Part shown: in pieces, positions 16,487-24,023 of the stretch | Layout of the letters: each line of letters begins with the position of its first letter | Numbering within the stretch: position 1 is the first letter of the stretch | DNA from: Candidatus Micrarchaeota archaeon | Lineage (GTDB): Archaea > Micrarchaeota > Micrarchaeia > Micrarchaeales > CABMGC01 | NCBI GenBank assembly: GCA_027314465.1 | Contig: DAHVAU010000004.1 | Span: forward strand, 1 to 37,576 | Length of the DNA stretch: 37,576 nt | Reading direction: 5' to 3' | Position numbers and translations under genes: made by a program | The notes under the pieces: generated by a model | What the model saw: only the letters and a program-made list of their open reading frames with translations | Told to the model about the DNA's origin: nothing | The model's database searches: none

Positions 16487-16876
16487 CTATTCATGCTGGC
16501 CATTTTTATAGCCTTTCTTTGTTCCGTGCCTTGGTATCTCCAGCGCAGGAGTGTAATTCAGCAGGGACATTAGGTACATGATCAGGAGCACCACCGCAGC
16601 TATGAGGAACGTTGATATTGAAGGGGCCATGAACAGGCTCAGAATCATGAATATTACTCCAAGCGCAACGTACATTATCTGCCTTGAAGTGTACTTGTCC
16701 CTCCTCTTCCTGTACTGGGCATAGCATGCCCTGCACACCACGAGCCTGCTGCCCTTCTCGTTCTTTGTGACATTTCTCTTGAACAGCCTTATGGCGTCTA
16801 TGATATGGTCGTTGGCGACAGGAAGTCCGTCCCTCCTCTTCCCGCACATTATGCAGTAGCTTGGTTTCGCTGGCAT
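16487..16876 (-). CDS. zinc-ribbon protein with two C-terminal TM helices
   Basis: 129-aa ORF with an ATG start. The zinc ribbon is CIMC...35 residues...CRAC. It is followed by a basic linker (YRKRRDKYTSR) and two hydrophobic helices (IMYVALGVIFMILSLFM and FLIAAVVLLIMYLMSLL). Confidence 0.7.
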   Translation of the reverse strand: MPAKPSYCIMCGKRRDGLPVANDHIIDAIRLFKRNVTKNEKGSRLVVCRACYAQYRKRRDKYTSRQIMYVALGVIFMILSLFMAPSISTFLIAAVVLLIMYLMSLLNYTPALEIPRHGTKKGYKNGQHE

Positions 16877-16880
16877 CTCA

Positions 16881-17186
16881 TCATTCTATTGTAAGCTCCA
16901 CTATCTTTCCGAAGGTGTTCTTTATCCTTTCCTCTTCAAACGCATCCATCACGTTTGAGACGGATACATCGTCTATGCCTATCCTTCGCAGTATGTTTAT
17001 GACATCGCTCTGATGAAGGCCGGTCCTAAGCAGCATGTCCGTGAACATGAGCACGTTGACGTGGCTGTGCATCTTGTCCAGCTGGCCCACTATCTGCTCT
17101 ATGTTCTTCTCCCCGACCTTGAAGCTGGCCAGTAGCTTCTTGAATTCCAGCTTGCTTATCCCCAGCGATCCTGCCAATTCTATCAC
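16881..17186 (-). CDS. small helical protein homologous to the C-terminal module of the upstream ATPase
   Basis: 101-aa ORF whose GTG start overlaps the ATPase stop (GTGA). FKKLLASFKV..IEQIVGQLDKMHSHVNVLMFTDMLLRTGLHQSDVINILRRIGIDDVSVSNVMDAF aligns with the ATPase residues FEKLLLTSKF..IIDAVFKQLDARTRLVDLKEFVKILISERMTKEAIVSLLRAIGISDNIISRAF. Confidence 0.65.
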   Translation of the reverse strand: MIELAGSLGISKLEFKKLLASFKVGEKNIEQIVGQLDKMHSHVNVLMFTDMLLRTGLHQSDVINILRRIGIDDVSVSNVMDAFEEERIKNTFGKIVELTIE

Positions 17187-18688
17187 TCACTATATACAAA
17201 AGCCCTGCTTATTATGTTGTCCGATATGCCTATGGCCCTGAGCAGGGACACTATGGCCTCCTTGGTCATCCTCTCGCTGATCAGTATCTTGACGAACTCC
17301 TTGAGGTCCACGAGCCTTGTCCTTGCATCGAGCTGCTTGAACACTGCATCTATTATATCGTTGTTTATGCTGCTCTCTATGAACTTCGACGTGAGCAGCA
17401 GCTTCTCGAACGAGTACTCCTTTTGCAGGGTCTGGTCCCTGTTCTCCGATTCCGAGAGCAGGTCTGCCAGCGTTATTGTGTACACATCAAGAGGCACCTC
17501 TCCAACAACCCTGTTGAGTATGAACGTTGATGGGAACTGCGCAGAGGTCTGAAACGACATGTCTATTGCGGCTTCGCCAACCCCAAGCTTGCTTATCTCC
17601 GACCTTATGAACGGAGAGAAGTTGAGCGACCCTTGTATGTAGTCCATGAACTTCTGGAACTTTATCCTGAGTATTATGTTGGTGCCTACGTTTGAGAATA
17701 TGGCCTCGTTGATATCCGTTGGGTTCTGCGAAGCGACTATTAGGCCGAACTGGTACTTCCTTCCCTCCCTTACTATCGTGATCGCATCGCTCCTGTCATC
17801 GCTGGCCACCTTCCACGCCTCGTCCAGCACTATTATTGCCTTGAGGCCCTTTACTGCGCTCCATCCCTCGGATCTCATCTTCTCCTTGAGCGTCTGGAGC
17901 ATGAACAGCGCAGCAAGCGCCCTGAACCTCTCGTCAGGCAGGCCCGACAGATCGAGGTCCACGAGCCCTGATGATATGAGCTTGTCGAGATCTATGGTGC
18001 TCTTCCTGGCGAAGTAGTCCTCGCCCTCCCTTGAGAACTGCCTGAGCCTGTATATCGCATTCTCGAGCTCCGCAGGATACTCGTAGGTGCCTTCCTGGAG
18101 CTTCTCCTCCAGCAGCTTTGCAACGTCCTTGAGCGTCGGCGCAGGCCTGTTGCCAGTAGGCAGGCTTGAGAGTATGAAGCCTGCATTGAGGTACGCCTGC
18201 TCCACGGCCTCCGCCGTGAGCCTTCGCTGCTCAGGGAACCCGGTTATGTCGGTGAGTATGTCAAGCGAGTTCATTATCTGCTTTGACCTGTCTATCGGCT
18301 TCATGCCAGCAAGGTCCATCAGGTTTATGTAGTCGCCCTTTGCCAGCGATATTATGGTGCCGCCGCTCTGCTTGACCCAGCCCCTGTACTCCCCGGCCCA
18401 GTCTATTATTATGGCGTTAGTCCCCCACACGTAGCTTGCGCGCGTCAGGAACGTCTTTACGAAGAAGCTCTTTCCTGACCCTGTTATTCCCACCACAGAT
18501 ATATGCGGGTTTGTGAGGTTGTTGAACGTCCAGGTGAACGGCACGCCGAACCTCTTTGTTATGCCCACGAATATTGAATCCGTGGGGTCGTTGAGCAGGA
18601 ACTCTGGCGGCGGCTCTGGAGGCCTTGATAGGAAGGTTCTCTTGGCCAGTTCGTTGCTCATCAGTTTTTGCATCTTTATTAGTCCCAT
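17183..18688 (-). CDS. VirB4/TraC/CedB-like ATPase of the HerA-FtsK superfamily (DUF87/AAA_10-type), short form lacking a VirB4 N-terminal domain
   Basis: - Walker A: VVGITGSGKSFFVKT (nt ~18467-18490).
- NAIIIDWAGEY and INLMD.
- Walker B: AIIVLDEAWK.
- Arg-finger/sensor block: REGRKYQFGLIVASQNPTD.
The gene is embedded in a membrane-protein operon. I took ATG 18688 as the start; a TTG at 18709 (the ORF-track start) would overlap the upstream gene. Confidence 0.85.
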   Translation of the reverse strand: MGLIKMQKLMSNELAKRTFLSRPPEPPPEFLLNDPTDSIFVGITKRFGVPFTWTFNNLTNPHISVVGITGSGKSFFVKTFLTRASYVWGTNAIIIDWAGEYRGWVKQSGGTIISLAKGDYINLMDLAGMKPIDRSKQIMNSLDILTDITGFPEQRRLTAEAVEQAYLNAGFILSSLPTGNRPAPTLKDVAKLLEEKLQEGTYEYPAELENAIYRLRQFSREGEDYFARKSTIDLDKLISSGLVDLDLSGLPDERFRALAALFMLQTLKEKMRSEGWSAVKGLKAIIVLDEAWKVASDDRSDAITIVREGRKYQFGLIVASQNPTDINEAIFSNVGTNIILRIKFQKFMDYIQGSLNFSPFIRSEISKLGVGEAAIDMSFQTSAQFPSTFILNRVVGEVPLDVYTITLADLLSESENRDQTLQKEYSFEKLLLTSKFIESSINNDIIDAVFKQLDARTRLVDLKEFVKILISERMTKEAIVSLLRAIGISDNIISRAFVYSE

Positions 18689-18692
18689 ATGA

Positions 18693-19514
18693 TCACTTCT
18701 GTTGGTCAAACTCCGAAGACAGCTCGCCGATGCTAGGTACCCTGTAATTGAAGTTGTGCACCAGGTACATCTCCCTGCCCATTATGCGGGCTATGCTCAG
18801 GTCGAATATGTTGAATACCGTGGAGAGCTCGTTGAGCTGGTTTGTGAGCCTGTCCATCGCCTCTTTCTGGCTCACGCCTACCGCAGTACTCTCTATATAC
18901 ATTATGCTGTTGACCGGTCTTTCCCCTTCACCTATCCTGTCTATCCTTGCCTGTATCACATTTATCTGCCTCTGTATTGTCTCAAGGCCCATTGGATTGG
19001 GGTTGCTTCCCTGTGTCTCCTTAGAGTACTGGAACTCCAGAAGGCCGCGTTTGGCCTCAAGCTCCTCCCTGTAGTGCTGCACCTCCTCGGCAACGGCCAC
19101 TATGTTGAACTTGAACGGGAAGTGTATGTTCATTATGGCCTTCTCCCACTTGTCAGGCGCAGCTGCCAGGGCCATGTCCTCTTCCTGCACCTGCTCCTGC
19201 GCGAATATGTAGTTGTAGATGTTTGCTGTTAGGTATCCTGTCGCATAGTATATGCCGTTGGAGTACTTTATTATTGCATCCTGGCTCTTTGGTATTATGT
19301 AGCCCTTTGAAGGCACTATGACTATATTGAGCAGCTTTGTGAATGCGGGGAATATCAGGAAGTCTGCGAAGGCTATGAGCAGTATGAGGCCCAGGGAGAC
19401 GAACCCGAAGACAACTATTATTAGCCCGACTACGCCGTACTTGACACCGTTGACTATTACTAGCAGAACTACCAGCACTGAGAGGGCTATGTGTATTATC
19501 GTCTTCTCGTCCAT
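18693..19514 (-). CDS. membrane-anchored protein (N-terminal TM hairpin plus ~190-aa soluble domain), paralog of the 19519-20346 product
   Basis: 273-aa ORF with an ATG start. The TM region is IHIALSVLVVLLVIV...VVGLIIVVFGFVSLGLILLIAF. With the upstream gene it shares the blocks SNGIYYATGYL, FPFKFNIV and GVSQKEAMDRLTNQLNEL, and the ending RVPSIGEL. Confidence 0.75.
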   Translation of the reverse strand: MDEKTIIHIALSVLVVLLVIVNGVKYGVVGLIIVVFGFVSLGLILLIAFADFLIFPAFTKLLNIVIVPSKGYIIPKSQDAIIKYSNGIYYATGYLTANIYNYIFAQEQVQEEDMALAAAPDKWEKAIMNIHFPFKFNIVAVAEEVQHYREELEAKRGLLEFQYSKETQGSNPNPMGLETIQRQINVIQARIDRIGEGERPVNSIMYIESTAVGVSQKEAMDRLTNQLNELSTVFNIFDLSIARIMGREMYLVHNFNYRVPSIGELSSEFDQQK

Positions 19515-19518
19515 CCCA

Positions 19519-20346
19519 TCACATCATGTTCTGCGTCTGCTGGTTCTGCGAGTACCTCATGAGCTCGCTTATGGTCGTAGGCGGTATCATGTATTCAGGC
19601 TCCACCAGCACAAGCATGTCCGCCCCAGTTACCACTGATGCGCTCACCCCCACAGTTGCACTTATTCCTGCTGCAACCTCATCGGCCTTGAGCGATATCA
19701 TGTTCATCGCCTCTTCCTCTGTGCCTCCGAATACGGTGACTGCCGCATACACATCAAGGGCCTGCGAGTTTGCCTTTGAGACGCTGTCAAGCAGGTTGTG
19801 CCACATCGTCACCTCCCCCTTTATCCTGTCGAGCTGGGGCTTGCTGGCGTTCTTGTCAAGTTGTATGGCGTTGTACCTGGCCTCGGCCTCGTTTAGCCTG
19901 GAAGTCACCCTGGCTATGTAATCGTCTTTGTTTATGGAGTAGAGCTGCGAGGTCACCTTTATCGGGGTCTTGCTTATGCTTACCATCCTTGAGAACACAT
20001 TGGAGAAGTTGAACTTCTGTTCGTCATTCATCTCGGTGGACGAACTGTACACAGGCACCTTGATGAATGATGTCGCGTATATGAGGTTGTCCTTCCTTAC
20101 CAGTATCGCGTTGCCGTTCTGCGACATGTAGAAGGCATCGTCTGGATCTAGCACCACGCTGCCGCTCTTGGATCGCAGCACAGGCGCATACAGGTAGTAG
20201 TAGTACCTGGTCGCGAATGCCAGCACAGCGGCAATAAGCGCTATGATGGCTAAGAGTAGAGCCACCGGGCTCAGGCTGGCTGGAGGCAACCCAGTAAGCG
20301 TTGCAAAAACGAAACCAACCGCAGCGATGACAATGAAGATTACCAT
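19519..20346 (-). CDS. membrane-anchored protein (N-terminal TM hairpin plus ~200-aa soluble domain), paralog of the 18693-19514 product
   Basis: ATG 20346 (MVIFIVIAAVGF...); the ORF-track TTG is at 20367. There are two TM helices. The shared blocks are QNGNAILVRKDNLIYATSFI, TPIKVTSQL and GGTEEEAMNMISLKADEV, ending in MIPPTTISEL. Confidence 0.75.
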   Translation of the reverse strand: MVIFIVIAAVGFVFATLTGLPPASLSPVALLLAIIALIAAVLAFATRYYYYLYAPVLRSKSGSVVLDPDDAFYMSQNGNAILVRKDNLIYATSFIKVPVYSSSTEMNDEQKFNFSNVFSRMVSISKTPIKVTSQLYSINKDDYIARVTSRLNEAEARYNAIQLDKNASKPQLDRIKGEVTMWHNLLDSVSKANSQALDVYAAVTVFGGTEEEAMNMISLKADEVAAGISATVGVSASVVTGADMLVLVEPEYMIPPTTISELMRYSQNQQTQNMM

Positions 20347-20377
20347 TTCTTGATTGCTGCTGGGCAACTGACCACTG

Positions 20378-20398
20378 GTTTATACTAACAATATAAAC
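20378..20398 (-). promoter_or_regulatory. A/T-rich box-A candidates upstream of the ATPase sub-module
   Basis: The minus strand reads TAGTTTATATTGTTAGTATAAACC. The GTATAAAC element lies 32-39 nt upstream of ATG 20346 and the TTTATATT element lies 45-52 nt upstream. Confidence 0.35.
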
Positions 20399-20435
20399 TA
20401 TTAAAAGCTAACCGTGCACATGCCAGACGCTGGCT

Positions 20436-22871
20436 CTAGGAGCGCTTTCTGGAAAGCTTCTTTCTGAGCGTCTCTGCAGCTGTTGCGCTGACACCCACAT
20501 TTGCACTGGCCTGCAGGCTCCTTAGCGTGGTCTCTGAAGCGCTTGAGTTCGAAGCCACAGAGAGCTGCTCTGCAACATTGCCAGTTGTTGCGATGCTATC
20601 CAGAGTCTCTTCTGATGCGCTGGAATTGGATGCCACAGTGACTCTTTCCTCGCTGCTGCCGCCCCTTGCGATGGCATCCAGCGCAGGCTTTGCTGTGCTC
20701 GTGTCCCTTGCGATGGCCATGCGTTCCTTGAGCGTTCTGTCAGCAGTATTGGCTATCTCTGCTTCATCGCGCATGTCTGTCGCGCGGCCGGCAGGGGCCT
20801 TGCTTATGTCCCCCTCGCTCATGTCCTTGTAAGGCGATGCAGCCATGGTCTCCAGCACGTCCCTTGGGGTGCTTGGATTCGAAGCCGCTGCCAGCTTCTC
20901 CCCGGCAGCGCCAGTAGTTGCTATTGTCCTGAGCACATCGACAGGAGTGTGCGAGTTGCCTGCAAGGGCCGTGCGCAGGTCCGCGTTTGCGGCCCCGTGA
21001 TTGTCATGCAGGTCCTGCAGTGTGGACTGGCTTGTGAATGCATTTGACGCTGCTGTCACATGAATCCTGTTTAGCTCCCTCTGCTTGTCGGATAGGATCT
21101 TGGCCTGCTGTGCAGCTTCATCTGAGCGTTCCTTTGCCTCTTTCGCCAGGCGCGCTGCGTCTTCGTGGCGCGCTGCGCGCGCCGCAACTGCGCTTGCATT
21201 TGAAAGGCGCGTCGCCTCGTTGTTGAGGCTGGTAACTTCAGACTGCCTGTCGCTCAGGTTGTCCTCGTACTTTCTCATGAATGCATCTATGCGCTCAGGA
21301 TTGCTCAGGCGCTTGAGATGCTCTCTTCTTGCCCCGCTGAGCATGCTGGCAGCAGTCTCATTCGGGCTTCCTGCAGCAGCAAGCCTGTCCTCCTTAGCCT
21401 GCGATATGCCCCTAGTAAGGCTGCGGTTGCGCATTATAGAGCCAGCAGTTAAGCCGCCTGTTGCTGCGGCCACACCGGCCATGCCAGTAATGCCCCTGTA
21501 CGCCCTAGTATAAGGAGTCGATGTCGGCTTCGTGCCCGCTTCGGATATCTTCTCGCGTACCTTAGCTGGCAAGTCCCGTATCTTCATCGGGGCGAGCGCG
21601 CCTCCTGGAACCAGGACTGCAGGCGATGCCAGACCAGCAGCGCTCCTCGCTGCTGGCGCCCCGTAACCAGTAAAATCGTATCCGCCTTGAGGGCCTTTCA
21701 TGGCATGGTAGATGCCAAGCAGCGCGGCAGATGTTATGGAATGGTCGTAAGAGCCGGGTTTTGCTGCGGCATAATGTATCTTCTTTACCTCGTCAATCAC
21801 GGCCTTCTCCATGGCCTTGTGCTCCTTTCGTGTCATCTGGGACAGATCACCGGCATACTTTGCTGAGTGTACTGCTATTATATCGCGCGCGCTATCGTAC
21901 CTGCTGTCAGCAGCTATCTTGCTCCTCTCTATGGGTTTGCGGTATCCGACATCGACGGCCTTCTGGGATGCCCTGTAACCCAGGTATAGCGGAGGTACGC
22001 CCATCAGAGCCACGGTGCTGCCTACTCCCCTAATGTGTTGCGGAAGCCTCTTGTCGAGATTCCTAACGAAATGGCTGTCCTGCCTCTTTGCAGAGGCATT
22101 TGCCTGGAAGCGGGTATTCCTTAGCCTGTATGCATGGCCTGAGCGCAATACACCATACGACAATCCCAGGATAGGATTTACTGCTAATATCCCCAGCCCT
22201 AACGCGCCGCCCATAGCTACCTTCGTTTTTCTGGACCTTCCCTGCCACCTGCGCTTGAGCGCTGACGAGGTCTTAGACACCCCCGAAACAGCCTTACCCA
22301 CGGTCTTGCCGTACAGCGCAGAAGATCCTGCAAGAGTAGCATTTACTCCACTCGCTTTGGCTGCAGTCCAGCTGCCCATCTTCCTGAGCCTGTTCCTGGC
22401 GCCCGTTGGCTTGCCAGGGACCCCTGTGAAGACCTTTCTGAGGCGCCTTCCAGTACGCCGCCTGAACATTGTAGCACGGCCGCCGGTCGGCATTACAGCT
22501 GCCATAGGAGCCAGAATTCTTGCCGCTGCCCTCTTAGGCAGTGGCGGTCTCCCTCCTGCAGCCCCTATAAGCGTCTTTCCGGTGAACTTCGCGCTCTTGC
22601 TCCTGCCCTTTGCGGCGCGCAGCCTGCTGCCCACCATTAGCTCGCCAGCGTGGTGGCCCAATAGGGGCAGCACGAATGCATTCTTCCCTGCCAGCGAGGC
22701 CTTTCCTGCGGGATTGATGGCGCTGAACGTTGTTATGCCGAAGAAGTTGAACAGGCTGTATCCCCTGTTCAGGCCAGCGGCAGCGACTAGAAGTATGAGT
22801 ATGATTATTATTGGAATAAGGCCGTTTATGGCCCCCAGGGACAGCAATATAGCCATCAGAACCAATAACAT
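20436..22871 (-). CDS. 811-aa membrane protein: N-terminal TM segments, extremely basic acid-free region, central domain, coiled coil, C-terminal LRV/HEAT-like repeats
   Basis: ATG 22871.
- First TM: LLVLMAILLSLGAINGLIPIIIILILLVAAAGL.
- Residues ~81-220: about 35 Arg/Lys and no Asp/Glu by my count.
- Further hydrophobic segments near residues 217-242 and 283-297.
- Coiled coil near residues 535-605.
- Residues ~606-803: 5-7 repeats of roughly 24-26 aa, such as ERVTVASNSSASEETLDSIATTG and AEQLSVASNSSASETTLRSLQASA. Confidence 0.8.
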   Translation of the reverse strand: MLLVLMAILLSLGAINGLIPIIIILILLVAAAGLNRGYSLFNFFGITTFSAINPAGKASLAGKNAFVLPLLGHHAGELMVGSRLRAAKGRSKSAKFTGKTLIGAAGGRPPLPKRAAARILAPMAAVMPTGGRATMFRRRTGRRLRKVFTGVPGKPTGARNRLRKMGSWTAAKASGVNATLAGSSALYGKTVGKAVSGVSKTSSALKRRWQGRSRKTKVAMGGALGLGILAVNPILGLSYGVLRSGHAYRLRNTRFQANASAKRQDSHFVRNLDKRLPQHIRGVGSTVALMGVPPLYLGYRASQKAVDVGYRKPIERSKIAADSRYDSARDIIAVHSAKYAGDLSQMTRKEHKAMEKAVIDEVKKIHYAAAKPGSYDHSITSAALLGIYHAMKGPQGGYDFTGYGAPAARSAAGLASPAVLVPGGALAPMKIRDLPAKVREKISEAGTKPTSTPYTRAYRGITGMAGVAAATGGLTAGSIMRNRSLTRGISQAKEDRLAAAGSPNETAASMLSGARREHLKRLSNPERIDAFMRKYEDNLSDRQSEVTSLNNEATRLSNASAVAARAARHEDAARLAKEAKERSDEAAQQAKILSDKQRELNRIHVTAASNAFTSQSTLQDLHDNHGAANADLRTALAGNSHTPVDVLRTIATTGAAGEKLAAASNPSTPRDVLETMAASPYKDMSEGDISKAPAGRATDMRDEAEIANTADRTLKERMAIARDTSTAKPALDAIARGGSSEERVTVASNSSASEETLDSIATTGNVAEQLSVASNSSASETTLRSLQASANVGVSATAAETLRKKLSRKRS

Positions 22872-22899
22872 GCGATCAACATATTACAGGAGGCATTTT

Positions 22900-22908
22900 C
22901 ATATAAAT
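22900..22908 (-). promoter_or_regulatory. TATA/box-A candidate for the 811-aa gene
   Basis: The minus strand reads GGTATTTATATGAAAATG. The TATTTATAT element lies about 30-37 nt upstream of ATG 22871, in the 51-nt gap after the six-paralog block. Confidence 0.4.
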
Positions 22909-22922
22909 ACCTACCTAGGCGC

Positions 22923-24023
22923 CTAGACAAGTGTGCGCAGCCTTCCCGAGGTCTTTGCCATCCCCCCCAGTATCTCGGCTATCTGGGTCACCAGCGCATA
23001 TGTGAGAGCTATGATAAGCGCTGGGAAGAACAGTATGGAGAGCCAGAATGCCCCGAAAGTGCTCTGTAGCTGCCCTATGGTCGATACGAGAGGGGCGCTG
23101 GCTGACAGGGAATTGTCTATGAGGCCGCTTGGGGATGCGCCATATCTGTTGAGCGCAGTCTGCGATTGCGAGAGCTGCGTGTAGATGTTGGTCGATGTGT
23201 AGTAGTATGCTATCGAGAACAGGGTAGGCATTATAAAGTAGAATCCTATGGCCATGGCTATCATCATGCCGCCCAGGTTGCGCGTAGGTATCAGAGCCCT
23301 GAATATGATTCCAGGCACAAGGAATACAGGTATTGCGGCGTACATGAAGAATATTATCAGGTAGAACTGCGTGTACAGCGACAGCATCGCCTCGAACATG
23401 AACGCCACCACGACCCATGACGGCCAGAAGAACAGGTACTGGAAGGCGAGAGCCCACACCGGCGGTATGGTAGGGAAGTTGAATCCGCCAACTTCGCCCT
23501 CGAGCTTGAAGCTGGTGTAGCTGTAACCCAGGGTGCCAAGGTAGAAGACGTGGGATGCAGTGGTGTATGTTGTGTTCAGAGTGGTTGCTATGTAAGTAAG
23601 CGATGCATCAAACGGATTGATCGGGCCTGCAGTAACTGCCGGGAGTATGCCGAACATGACAGCGCTTATGAACACGAACAGTATCGCCATCATTGCCGTT
23701 GCTGTGGCCTCGTACAGCTCTCCTGTGCCAAACGTCCTGAGCCTGTCGTTTCTGAACGCCACTCCGAACATGAATAGGACAGCCGCTATTGAATAGGAGA
23801 ACATCACAGCGACCATCATCAGCGGGAAGTACTTGTGCCATTCGCTTATTATTGAGGGATTTATGTACTTGCAGTACCACGGAGCCACATTCTCTACTAT
23901 TCCTCCGGCAGCAGGATTTCCACAGTACTGGCTAAGTATGCCCTGCGCGTGCAATAGGCCGGTTATGCAGAGCACCGCTACAAACGCAATGGCCAGGGCG
24001 AATGTTATCCTCTTTGGCATCAT
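22923..24023 (-). CDS. polytopic membrane protein, paralog 6 of a six-member tandem family (VirB6/TrbL/CedA-like role hypothesised)
   Basis: 366-aa ORF whose ATGATG start overlaps the upstream stop by 4 nt. It has a signal-like N-terminus (ITFALAIAFVAVLCITGLLHAQG) and about 7 or more TM segments. The family signature is GIIFRALIPTRNLGGMMIAMAIGFYFIMP. Confidence 0.8.
   Translation of the reverse strand: MMPKRITFALAIAFVAVLCITGLLHAQGILSQYCGNPAAGGIVENVAPWYCKYINPSIISEWHKYFPLMMVAVMFSYSIAAVLFMFGVAFRNDRLRTFGTGELYEATATAMMAILFVFISAVMFGILPAVTAGPINPFDASLTYIATTLNTTYTTASHVFYLGTLGYSYTSFKLEGEVGGFNFPTIPPVWALAFQYLFFWPSWVVVAFMFEAMLSLYTQFYLIIFFMYAAIPVFLVPGIIFRALIPTRNLGGMMIAMAIGFYFIMPTLFSIAYYYTSTNIYTQLSQSQTALNRYGASPSGLIDNSLSASAPLVSTIGQLQSTFGAFWLSILFFPALIIALTYALVTQIAEILGGMAKTSGRLRTLV

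Noticed and set aside
17183-18709. Interpreting the ATPase as the HerA DNA-repair helicase.
   Set aside because: No nurA, mre11 or rad50 genes lie nearby. The gene is embedded in, and translationally coupled to, membrane-protein genes. That context favours a VirB4/CedB-like role, although the two families are related and a phylogeny is needed.
22015-22926. 303-aa plus-strand ORF, together with 21085-21513, 20527-20832 and similar ORFs, antisense to the 811-aa gene.
   Set aside because: These ORFs lie entirely within a longer minus-strand gene that has coherent domain structure. Their composition (Leu/Pro/Ala/Ser/Arg-rich) is typical of an antisense shadow frame, and there is no promoter context.
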